From Podarcis melisellensis (lineage: Eukaryota), in NCBI GenBank assembly GCA_964234715.1, contig OZ174280.1: 64,000 bases of DNA; one strand, given 5' to 3'. The translations under genes and the position numbers were made by a program. Within the stretch, counting starts at the first letter, position 1. Each line of letters begins with the position of its first letter. The notes beneath the pieces were generated by a model. It was not told where the DNA came from, did not search any database, and was given only the letters and a program-made list of their open reading frames with translations. This document shows positions 34,010 through 47,000 of the stretch, piece by piece.

Positions 34010-37000
34010 CTGAAAGCAAATTGGGAAACAGTTTACAAAAACTGACAAAGAAAACATTCAAATACTTTAAACTAGATTCATCTTTGGTTACTTATTTCAG
34101 TTCCAGTAAAACATACTGCTGCTGTAGTTCAGGAAAAAAGTCAGACCAAGTAAAACATAAAAACCAATATTTGCCTTCTTTACACATCCATAAATATCTG
34201 CAGTATTAGAAAAATGTTTCGTAAAGATTCTTTTCTGGCAGTGTTAAATTATACACAGGCTACAGACTTTTTTCCTAAGATTTAATGACAAAGTTTAGCT
34301 ATTTACAGACTGCAAATATTAAGACATAAAATTCCTTCATAAATATGAAAATAGACCTTGCAAAGATCTTTAAACCTTAATCAAATATTTGGCTGCCCCC
34401 AAAGGTTATTTTTGCATAGAAATGTAGTGACATGCAGTATAAACAGCAGCATTAAGTGCAAAGAGGAATTATTCAAGTGTCTGTAGTTAAACTGGCAAGA
34501 AATACCAGTGTTCTTGGACAAGATACAGCAACCAAGAATAACCTATCATACTCCTGTCTTCTGCTGGGGTAGCAATTTGTTACATACAATTATACACAGT
34601 CATCTTTCACCAATCAGTCACAAGTATTGCTGCTATTACGTGTTTAATAAATGTAACATAGAAAGATTGAGTGAATTAAAAACAGATTGGGGATCTTAGA
34701 TGGGTCTGCAGGTCGCTTGTAAGAAAGCAAGATGCATCTGTCAGCAAATCAAAAACATGATAAAAGCAAAATTCACTATTGTATTTGTACAAAGCACTGC
34801 CACTGTCTTGCCACAATCTGTATTCATTACAGCTAATGGCCAACAGCTGCTCTGCAATACTGGCTCTAGACTGCATACCCAGAAGGCCATGGGGCCAGGG
34901 CTCTTGCATGTTGTAAAAGTGGATAGCATACATTTAATTTTAGCCACACAATGACCAAGGAATTGGCTTCCACCAAGCTCCTTCAAAAAGAACTCCATTA
35001 CAGTGTGGGCTGGAGAAATGTCATGCTTTCTGTACCAGGATAAGAGACTAAAGCCTTGCACTAGCAGTCTGCTACGAATGCAGAGCAGCCATATAAGCAG
35101 CGACCCTTTTCCCCAGCTCATGAAAGAATACCACATCTGATAGGTTGTTTGCAGAAAAACTGCATGAAAGCAGGAAAAACATAGATGAAGCAAAATTAGA
35201 GAGGCCACTTGTTTAAATCTTCACAAAACAGTAAGAGCACAAGTCAAACATCTAAAGGCTACAGGGTTCTAGGAGCTCACACATCAACCGCAGACCAGAG
35301 TAGGCAGAAGTGTGGACTCCTTTCATGGCCTCTAAAGCAGACTCCAGTGCTCAGTTCTTTCAGTATCCATGCACTGATCAAGAGTGTTCCTTGGAGGAAC
35401 AAAATGTTACTATATCCTAAGTGTGCAGTGAGATGGTAACACATTTATTTTTCACTGTCTTTAAAAAAATGCATGCAAAAAAATAGCTGTGGGGAGTTCT
35501 CTGGAAGGAACTTGACAAGGTTAAGGGCTCCTATATAAATAAGCATAGATTGCAAAAAGATGTTACTGCTGTCAAGGTTGCAACAAGCAACTCTTGGGCA
35601 AAATATTGTTACCTGTTTTTCAAATATTTCCATATCTGTGATCCCCAAGTTATTGCTTGATACATTTTGTGGACTTTCACCGTTTTTATGGTTCCTTTTT
35701 GAGGGGTTAATAAGAGAGGACATCTACACACATCAGGAAGCAGCACTGCTTTTTTATTTCTTCCCCACAGGGGAGTTCTCATTAGCCTATTATATTAAAA
35801 TAAGGGACTAGAGTCAAGACTTGGGACTCCAATCCCTCTTATTCAGCACATACTAACTTCTCTCTACTTTGAGCATTGTGCTAGACTTGATACTCAGAGA
35901 GACCAGTAAGGACTGGAAGTACTATTTCTGCAGCTACAGTTAGAGTCTAGTGAACAAGCATCCGTCTTCCAATGGAGGAATCTCAGGTGAGGTACTTTTA
36001 AGTTATACAAAATGCAAATACAGACCAAGTTTCCATATGTGCACACATCTCTTCAGAGTGTGTGACTGACCCACATGGAGAGGCTGATTGAAGAGTTGCA
36101 CAAAGAGCTGGACGGAGCTGGATTTTAAGAGAATGCTGATGCGGAAGGGCTGGCTTATTTTTTAAGAGCTCTCATGTCAAACACTTGGATGGTTATATAC
36201 CTAATTTCTTCTACAATATAGAATTGGAGATACTGAAGAGTTACAAACACACAGCTGTTCATCCTCTTTGTGCACTTCATATTTACTGAATAGGCATTTG
36301 GTTGCACAGCACCTATTATTGCTTAAGGAAAATGGGATCGACCTCTTTCTTGGTCATGGTATTAAGGTGACCAAAGCAAGTAATAATTGGACAAGGAATG
36401 CTTGAAATAGGAATCTGAGCTGTTTGCTTCCAGTGTTTGAAACTGGATTGGAAGAGGTAGGAAATTTAGCTCCAGCAGTCAAGTCTGACTTTCTTCAGTG
36501 GAAGTTTGGGTTTCAGGCCAGCACTATGAACCTGTCATTATAACAGAGGTACAGGATGCTACCACCTTATCTATCTATGTAGTCCCAGCATTGCCAGTTT
36601 CCATCTTGTTATACTCAATAAGAGGTCAATAAGATGGCTCAGCAGCTCCCAAGAAGGGACACAAGGTTTTATAGATTTTTTTAAAGGATGCTGCCCAGTT
36701 TAGAAGAATTTCTTCAATGGGATCTAAGCTGTGTACACAGACAGAAAATGGCTTCTAAGTAGAGGCAAGCCTAGGATCCCAAATTTATGGCCCTGCATTG
36801 ATCCAGGCATTCCATGGAGACATTGTTCTCCCCTTCTGCCTGCAGTAGCTGCCTCCTGAGGTACGGTAAGGGATTATGATCTCTCACACACTGATATACA
36901 TGCTGTCTCTCCAAATGGACTGGTCTGGTTGCTACACTTTGCTAGAGTATTCTGAAATAAAAAATTAAAAAAGCAAAGAAGTTGGGAGGAATATGCCACC

Positions 37001-37019
37001 ATGGTATCATGGCTGAACT

Positions 37020-38026
37020 TTAAATGTCACATTTTGATTGCTCGCATACTGATGCTGGTGCATCTGAAGATGGCAGAGAAACAAGATTTGAGATGTCACT
37101 ATCCACTGCCTCAAAAAGAGAGGCTTCTCTGCCAGACTGTGGAGAAGGGTTAACACTGAACAATAGTTTGGAAGACTCTGACCTAGTGGAAGGCATGTTC
37201 CTTTGAGTTTCATCTTCAACTTCCATATCTTCAGAGGAGATGCAGCTCATAAACATCTCTGAGGATCTACTATCTGAATGGTCTAAATTATGTGCCAAGA
37301 TACCATCTACATTCTGGGCAACTTGCCCCCTGGGCTTTCCGAGTTCTGCTTCCTTAGCAAAATTTACAGGGCAGTATCCATTTTCATCTTGGGGCTCCAG
37401 TCCATCAGAATAGTCCATTTCTTCCTCCTGCAGAGGAGGAGAAGGCGAGTCCTGCCTATGATGTTTGGCCTGAAAAGGAGGAATCTCAGACACTCCATAT
37501 TGACTGCTGCTCAGTAGCTTCTGCCGCACTTCAGCCCCCAGCTGGCTAGGATCACATCTACTAATGGTTGAAGAGAGATCCCCAAATGTTCTATAATCTT
37601 TATGCACAAATTCAAGAGATCCTGGAAGTGATCTGCTCCGTCTTGCAGGAAGGAAAGAGGAGTCCAGCCAGTCAGTGTTAGAAGTTTGCCGGAATGGGGT
37701 CTGGTTCATCTTTAGACATTCTTCTGCCTCCGGGGAGTGCAAGTCAAATACAAGTGATATCACAGATTTGCTTGGCAAATCAAAAAATTTGACCTTTCCA
37801 CCTTTCAAGTCTTCCCTAGAATTGAAAGGATTGACTTTCCGGTTTGCCCCTTTGCTTGGTGTATAGTAGGGATCCTGAACATTTATCTTGCGGCAAGGTT
37901 TGCGAGAGAATATGTCTGACTGACTGCGCGATAGCCAGATATTGCGCCGTGGACGGGGTGATTTAGGTGGAATCTTGTCATCCAGTGAACTTAGCCTTTT
38001 TACTCCTTGTCCCCTCTCTAGTAAAC
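37020..38026 (-). CDS. TESK2: TESK2 last exon (C-terminal regulatory tail)
   Basis: ccattctag|GTTTACTAGAG, encoding [35 protein letters not shown]. Confidence 0.95.
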
Positions 38027-41000
38027 CTAGAATGGAGAGAAAAAGAAAATCAGACTTAAAGGATGTTGCTAGTGACAGGATTAGAATGATACAGAAAAAG
38101 ATCACCAGTGTACATATGACATTCTGTTCAGTCTTCCACAAAACCCCACACCTTGGAAATGTATGGACTCACATGGAATTCTGTATCAGTTGAGATCTAA
38201 ATAATTTTTTATTCATCATAAGTAGGAAGTAAAGGTCTAGTGTAGAATATTAGTACCAATAAATAGTGTTTAAAGTAATCTAAGGATTGATATGATCTCT
38301 AACTCCTCATGTTCATCCAAAATATTTTCTCTAAGTCAACATTTTACTGCTTTAAGCTTGATTCTGCATAGACCGTTAGAGGGGAATGAAGTACCAATTG
38401 TTAAAGACTGAAGACAGAATAACAAGTCTTATCTGTGGACAAGTATTTTCAACGGCCAACATAACAGGAGATATAGCCTTCCCATTCTATTATTGTGCTC
38501 TGTGCTCTAGCAGATTGTTCCCAAGAACAAGAGTTGAGGAGGACAGCCACCATTTCATGAGACTATAAGACAAATTCATGCTACTAAAGGCTGATGTTTT
38601 CAACGTGAGGTTTCCTTAGAGCAAAGACACCCCTGTGCTTTGAAAGGTGAAGGCAAACAATAATACCTCCCTCTGGAAGTGAAGAGGTTATATTCCACAT
38701 CAGCTTTGAAACAGCACATAGTCCAGTGCAGAAACTATGACACACAGCAGTTGGGCTTGGGGGTAAAATCTGTTAAATACATGTAAATAATGCATCACTA
38801 AATAGAGCAACTGCAAATATTAAGGTCAAGTGGAAAGTAGCTGTCCCAGCCATGTAACAGCTTGCTCTCAAAACTGAGAACAGGTACCCAAATTTTGGCT
38901 GCAATTTCTCTAAGCACACCAGGGGGCAGTGTGATGCTTTACAAGAAGGTACAATCCAATCCTAACACCAATGCTTCCTATGTTTTATTATGTTAAACAT
39001 ACATATTTCTGGGTACATTAAAGGATTTGCAATTCACCAGCACTGATACAGAAACCTTTTGAACAAGTTTCAGGGTCCACATGTATCTCCCACATATGAA
39101 AGCGCTTCCTCATTTGCGCAAAGCCAAGTACAGCTCTCCTCACATGTCTCCAGTGCCCTTAATATTGCAAAGAATGAAGAACCCAGTGTACTCTGGATCA
39201 AGCTGCCAGCGGCTATTGCTGTTCAAATGAAGGCACTTTTCCATACAGTCCTCAATCCTTATTGTGTGGGGTAATGACACCTATGGCCCAAAACAATGTA
39301 TTCAGTCCCTAGATTCATTTCACTCGCAGTTTCCACAGACCAACTTGCAGCAGTAGTCTTCAAAGCTGCAATAATTCAAACTGATCTGATATAGCCCCTA
39401 GGAAATACTTTGCAATAAGTCAGCCTCTGGTTAAAGGTCAGACATCCCGAGCCAACAAGGAAGAGCTTAATTTGGATGAAGTTCCTGGAATCTGTTTCAC
39501 AAGGGCACAGCAGACACCAGGAGCCTTGTTTGCTTCTAAAATTAGATATTTAAACTCCAAAAGTGCAAGCTACAGAAAAAGCTACTAACAGCTAGTAGTT
39601 ACTTATGTAACAGTTTCCTTTTGAGGTCTATATAGTTAGAATTTGGGTACCACCGGAGCTGGGCTTTAGAAAAAGTGGGAAATAAGAATAAAAAAGATGA
39701 ACGATCAAAAGTTTACATCATATGCAAATAAAATGTTCCCTTTGAAAAATAAAGTAAGAGGACTAATGTCAAGCAACAAAGCATTTGTGAGAACTGGTCT
39801 TCATCTGTCATAGCCTATGATGCATAAAAAATGGGTGTCTCAGAAATGATATTAGGGTATGGGGGAAAGTTTGTTCTCAAAGTGGCACCTCCTCTGATCC
39901 TGCAAGGATTACGACACCAAACAAAGGATTATTTTACTCCACTAGTCAAGATGTCCCTTAATGACATTAAGCAGAGCAATTCTAATTCACATTTACACAT
40001 GGGGCGTGGCAGAGAGAAGACAAGACAACATCCTGGAGATCCACTTGCAGAGTGTCCATCATACCAACTGTCCTGCTACTGCCACTGCAAACAGAGCAGC
40101 TTCCTTTTCTCTCCCCAGCCCGAACTGACAGGGCTGGGACAGAGTTGCACCTTTTCCATGGGCCTGTCTGGGGAAAGGGGGCTTTGGCACACACCTTGTT
40201 TCCCCAAGGCAACATCAATATTGAATTTCGTGATAATGTAGCTCAAGTCAAGTTTTCTTATTTAGAAATAAAAGTATTATTTCCGGTTTACGTTCCCCAT
40301 CAAAAATTCAAGAAAGGAACCCTCTATAATACAATTTTTGTTATCCTTGATTAGTAATCGGAGCAGCTTTGTGCTCATTCCCCTTGATGCCTACCTTTGG
40401 AAACTGAGATGGGTTTTCGATCTGCGCTGTCCAGATTTAGGAGCTTTCTTTCTCTTTCAGCCTCCTCACTTTTCAAGTTCCCTAGAATTTCCTCCAGTGT
40501 CTTGCCAATGTCAGCAAATGAAGGACGTAATTTTGGGTCCATCTATTAACAAAATAAGTGACAAGATACATAAGAGCTTAGTCATGAAGAAAAATCTGTA
40601 CACATAGCACTATGTTACAAAAACATTATTTTCTTGGTTTTTTTATAAATTAATTCTCACAGGCACCATCTTTAAGGCATATTGTTATGTTACATGGAAG
40701 AAAGATTAACTGATGTTTCATTTTGACAAAGCCATACATCTAAAGCAATGTGGAGAAGAGGAACTATAACTTTTAAAATATCCTCTTTGCTTTAAAATAT
40801 TCTATTTGCATTCCAGAAATCTAACATTAGATTGTATAGATGTCCTCTCCTCCAAGTCCCTCATGAACCATTTATCCAAGTTACCAGAGGACTCAGTGTA
40901 CTGATGTTTTGTTTTAGGAAATATGCTCATTCCATTATTTTCCTTTAAATATACTCACATTGCAGCAGTTGAAGGCCAACTGGAGGAAGTTAGGGGGACA

Positions 41001-44000
41001 ATCTCCCACCATGTGCTGGAAAGCATCATAATCCAACCCAAAATTCTGCAAGTAGAGGTGGAAAAAGAAAAGGAAGGGAAAAGTTAACAACTGAGGCACA
41101 CGAGAGGAGGGGGGAGGAAAGATGTGCTAGACGAGGAAATGAGGAAATCATGAAGACAGTGTTACAAGGCAAAGCATGAAAGGGAATTACAGATAATAAT
41201 TCTCTACTTAAGCAATACAATGAATTACATATATAGGTTATTCCCCATACAAGCAACACACCAAATCACATCTATTAGTGCTCTAACACAAATACAAGGT
41301 TCCTATGTAGATATGAGCAATGGCAAGGGGAAAGGGTAATTTCTTCTTGTCTCAGTTTGTGCCTTGATCTTGTATGGACACTGAGGTATACCTACTGTCT
41401 CCTAAACATTCTGCCATATGAGCTGAATTTATCTGAAGCACAGTTCATATAACCTGACATTCCTAACTGTACAATGTTTAGCCATCTACAGCTTAAAATG
41501 CATAAATAAACTGCATAACGTATCTGTGATGAAGTAGGAAAACTTTCAACTTGCATCATAATGCATCTAGTTTTGCAATAACTTTGGCATGGACTACTTT
41601 AAGAGTTGGTAATTTCATAAGTTCTCTCCAAGGCAAGATGACTGCCTCAAAATCCCCCCTTCTCTTACAAAGAGAAAACATTTCCTACACTTTCAGTTTG
41701 AGAATATTTCATAGGAAGCTGCCTTAAGCCAGGTCAGGCTACTTGCAATTTGGCCAAGCATCATCTACTTCAGCTAGCAGTAATTCTCAAGTGTCTCCTG
41801 CAGAGGTCTATCAAATCAGTGCCTACCTAGTCTTTTTAACTGGAGATGCCTGGGGTTGAACCTGGAACTTTCTGAATAGGTAGGATAGGACATGACAACT
41901 TCTCTCTTATCCTGCTCTCCTGTGAAAAGGCAGAAGTGCATCTGAGGTAGTGAGGCAACTCGCCAATACCAAAATGTATTTCTAATTTAGAAGAGGATTC
42001 CTATGCAGATAGTCCTCTTTCAGTGAATAAGGTACCATCAATAACCTGCTTTGGGTTATACCAGTCAGATATTATAGAAGCTCATGACTAATTCCTGATG
42101 TAGCATTGACATGCAAAGTATAATTATGTGCTTTAAATGGGGAAGGAGTGGAGAGAAGGGGTTAGTGCCAGTCTCTGCATGCAACTGTAGCAGAGGATGA
42201 ATGCTTTCTTAGAAGACTTATACAGCGGTCATTCACCATGTGTTCAGCAACTCTGCAAACATTAATGACCCAGCGAAATTCTTGAGGATTCTTCCCTTTC
42301 CAGTCCTTGTTAATGCACTCTGCTTACCTCTGTGCGAGGGAGATAGTCTGGATCTGCCTGGATCCTTGCTATAATCTCACAAAGAATGATGCCATACGAG
42401 AATACATCCGCCTGAGGAGGGGTGGAGGGGGAGAAAGAAAACATGACCACAACTTTATTACAGGCACTCCTATGCTGCCTGATCTGGTAGGGTCTCCCTT
42501 CCCCATTCACATGACAAAAGTGTCCTCTAAGGTGTTCACACTTTTTACTTTCCAACATTTGCCAAAGTTCTAGGTCAAGCAATTAAAACCTAGGCCTGCA
42601 GAGTGGCAGTCTCACTCCCTTCTCCTAAGGGATAATGCATAAAAGCATATTCATTGAAAAGGTATCTTAGGACCCAGAGATGTACCTGTAAACAGGGCTC
42701 AATGTGGACTTTTCAACTTTGAGGTGCTCTCTGCTTCCCCATCTCTGCTGCTCAGTGCATGTGTGCAAGCCCCCAGATCAAAGTCCAATTGCCTATTTCC
42801 CTTTCCTTCCATGCTTCAGGTAGGATGCCCAATTTGTATTGTTATATGATCAAGTGTGTGTTTACTATACTTTTTAAAAAATGGCTAACCTTTATTCACT
42901 CTTAAAACTGCTCTGAGAAGATGTGACTGTGGTTGCGGCCAGCTAATCAGTACTGTGCAAAACTGGCTTTTGTTGCAAACCAGAAGAACATATTTAAGCT
43001 CAGTCTGGGAGAGCCTGGAAAAAATGTGGTGTGCTTAAAAATAATGTACATCTAATGTACATGTACCCCACTGCCCACTCCAAACAAGGAAAATCAGAAA
43101 ATGTTGCAGTATTAATTGGGAGAGAGAGCTCATCCAACCAATTACCAAATGTATTTAGAGCTATAGAAAATACTACTCAAAGAAAAGAGAAAGTACATAA
43201 CATATTGCTGTGCAATATTCAAAACAAAACAGCATGTGTATGACTAGAGAAAACAACCTCCCCTATAGCATATCATACCTATCATCTGAGATAATTCAGC
43301 TAGGTACTTGCAGGCACAGGGTTTCATATGATTTATGCTGTGCTGCTTTTTACTTGCTTATCTAGAAGCATTTATTGTCATAATAAAACTGTAAAGGTTG
43401 AGAAACCCATTTTTTGCTACTCTGAAAATTAAGAAAAACAGAAACCTTGGATATTTATTCCACTTAATGAAATAAAAAGTGCTGTCGTTCTATTCAGATG
43501 AGATCACAGAACTCTGAAATCATGTTCAGGAAGGAGCAGATTCCAACTGAATTTTCTACGTAGGACCCATTCAGCTAAACGTATTAATTACTATCATGTT
43601 AGAACAGCTTTAAAGCTACAGATGCTCACAAATTCCCCACCCCCAACTATGCCAGGCAACCAGCAACCCAGTATCTATTAACTGATGTATAATTAAAGAA
43701 GAGGGATGCAGGTGGCGCTGTGGGTTAAAGCCTCAGCGCCTAGGACTTGCCGATCGAAAGGTCGGCGGTTCGAATCCCTGCGGCGGGGTGCGCTCCCGCT
43801 GCTCGGTCCCAGCGCCTGCCAACCTAGCAGTTCGAAAGCACCTCCGGGTGCAAGTAGATAAATAGGGACCGCTTACCAGCGGGAAGGTAAACGGCGTTTC
43901 CGTGTGCGGCTCTGGCTCGCCAGAGCAGCGATGTCACGCTGGCCACGTGACCCGGAAGTGTCTGTGGACAGCGCTGGCCCCTGGCCTCTTAAGTGAGATG

Positions 44001-47000
44001 GGCGCACAACCCCAGAGTCTGTCAAGACTGGCCCGTATGGGCAGGGGTACCTTTACCTTTTTAATTAAAGAAGACCAACCTTTTCATTATATGGCTCATC
44101 TCTCAGCACTTCAGGTGCCATCCAGTAAGGAGAGCCCACCACTGGCAGTTTCTCACTTTAAGCATTAGAAGAGAGAGGTGGTTAGAAGCTGGCAAATTAA
44201 GCATTTCTTTGCAACTCCTTTCACTTTCAGCATGGGAACAAGTACAAGCTGTTCTCTTGCCATTCATATTGATTCTATTTGTCTGGACAACAGAAGGTGA
44301 TGGAGAGAGCAGAGGTGAAGTGTGAAGTGGCCAGAGTACCACTGCAAGCCAAAAGAGCTTCTGTCCTTTCTCCTGAAAGGCTTCTTCATATTCTAGGCTC
44401 TTCAGAGCAAGTCTTCAGATATCATTAACAGGCAACAGTTGACACTTCAGAACACCATTCAGTAGCAGATAACCCTTAGCCTGAACAAAATATCCCATGA
44501 CAAATCTGACTATTCAGTAGTTTCTCCCTTGACAATTCAGAAAAGTATTCTACTTAGGAAGCATGATAGGAAGCTTCCTGAAAATTGAAATAATTCATTT
44601 CCATATTTATAGAGCAGGTGTGTCAAGTCAGTACATTTTTTAGTTTAATTTTGTTTCACCCGAACTGTTCTAGTTCAGTTCATTAACTTATCCAATGGGA
44701 AGAATATGACAATACTGATTTGCATAACTGCTTGAAGCATGTTCAGGGTCAAAATAGTCACTAAAATAGTAATTTTACAGAACCCCACTCATTAGTATTC
44801 ATGGTACTTTACACAGCAGTTAAACCATTTTGATATCTTTTTTAAAAAAGAAAATGAAAAACAGGAAGGCAAGGAGAAAGTTTTCTAAGTGGCGTGATGA
44901 TATCTGAAAGAACTGTATGGAACTTTCAGGAACTGATTTCAGTGAGAGAACTCAAATGCGGATCATGTAAAGGAAGATATACCTGAGCATGTGCAAAATA
45001 CTTATAGTCATCACTGAGCAAACATATACTGCAGCAAACACTGAGGATCAAAAGGTGCACGTCAAGGCGAGCACCAACATCTATCTTTTTTAGGAGATGA
45101 CTTCATTTAGCCACTATGCAAACTCATGGTAAAAACTTCCAGAGCAACTATAGTCTTAGTCTATTGCAGCTAAAACAAAGAGGCTTATAGCACCTTAAAG
45201 TCTAACCAATTTATTATGGCATAAGCTTTCATGGTCTGGAGTCCATTTCATAAGTTGCTGCTGGGACTGTTATCCTCACTTGACAGATACATATACACAC
45301 TTGGGCATACAAGAGAGAAAATATAAATAGGCGGGCTAAAAAAAAAGCCAATAATTGCAAACAGGTGGAATACAGTCCTGTTCTTCTTCAGCTTTGGTTT
45401 TGCAGGTTGCTGCTGATCTAAAAGCTGCCATTCTCTATTAGAAGAAATTCAAAGGGAAATCTAACATAAAATAGAAGAATTAGAACTAATAACCATATTT
45501 GATTTTGTTTGCCCTGTTTGGCAAGTTTAATTCTGTTTGATTATACAAAATGGTTCTCTCTCCCACTACAGGTATTACCAATGAGAAGTTGATTCTGCAA
45601 AATAACTTATAACCAATACCTGCTGCTGTGAATGGTCACTACTTGTTTGACAGATTAAAAGTTTTACTGAATTTTCAGACTGTACCTTTAAATTTCTTTG
45701 CCATTTTATTCCCACGGCTGAGGATTTCCCCCATATTTTATGTTTGCAGTAATATTCCTCATTTTGATTCATGCTGACAATGCTACTTACCTAAAGTCGG
45801 GAATTTTCTCTGCTAAGCCAAAGTCACCAACTATAGCAGAATATCCATTCTCATCAAGCTTTATCAAACAGTTCTGAATGAAAAGAAGAGGGGAATTAGT
45901 GTGGTCCACATTTGAATCCCACCATTAAAAACTTAAAACTAGGAAGCAATGCAAGTAAGAGTGTGTGTTATATGGTATCCCACCCTTCATCAGAAGTGAT
46001 CTTGAGACAGCTCACAAAATTAAATATACAAAAGTAAATATACAATCAACTAACTAACCATTAATCGTAGTAACTAATCCATCTGTCAAGTATCACAAGG
46101 AACACCTCTCATTGTAATGCAGGCACATGCACCACAAATTTAAGAGGCCTGGCAGAAGAGGGAAGTCATTAGCTGGTGCATAAATATAGACAAGTATTAA
46201 CCAGGTGAAGTTCTGAGGGGAGCGAATGTACCACAAATAGGGTGCTCTTGCCAAGACCCTCTGGTGAGTCATCTTGTGACTTTAGTCAGCAATGGCACTG
46301 CCAGAGGAGCCTCCAACCACAAAGCCTAGCCAGAACAATATGGGGTGTTTCTTCAGATAATCAGGCCCCTATTATGCCATTTAGGGGTTTGTGTGTCAGA
46401 AATACAACTCTGAAATTGGCCTGGTGGCCAATAGGCAGCCAAGTGTATGTATTTGAGGACTAGCTATACAGTCCTAGCCAAATATACCTACTAAAACTCT
46501 GGCTTCTGCAATCTCCAGATATGACTGATCTGAAGATCAGCCAAAGCTACTGCTCATTTTTTTAGCAATATGTTCTGGTTTATTATACAGTTTGACTGGG
46601 GAAAAGAATGTCCACCCCAATTCTAAATATGCAACAGGTACCACTCTTAAACATGCTTATTAGGGAGCAATCCCCCTTGAACACAGTAGGAATTCTCAAC
46701 AAGTATACAACCGCACCATAAGGCTGGAAATTCTATTCACATTTGGGAGCAAATCATACTGAACCCAGCAGGATTTCTGAGCAAACACATATAGGAATGA
46801 GTTCCAAGCAGAACAAGGAACAAATATGATACATTGGGCTCTTGTGCTGTTTGATATCTTTAAGTGAAATCACTGCTAGATTCAGTTCATGGATTATTAC
46901 TACTATGAATTATAATTTCTAGGTTTACACTGCATTTAGGCTGTAGTGTTAATTTCTTTCTTTCCCCCCTTTTTTCCCTTTTACTGATTTTAAGATCTCA

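Noticed and set aside
38027-38141. Hydrophobic signal/transmembrane-like N-terminus on the 373-aa ORF
   Set aside because: This is intronic, T-rich sequence including the polypyrimidine tract upstream of the TESK2 last-exon acceptor.
39982-40218. Intronic ORF with a 14-3-3-like motif (KRCNSVP) as an alternative TESK2 exon
   Set aside because: I found no phase-1 acceptor with a pyrimidine tract in that frame, so the motif is probably coincidental.
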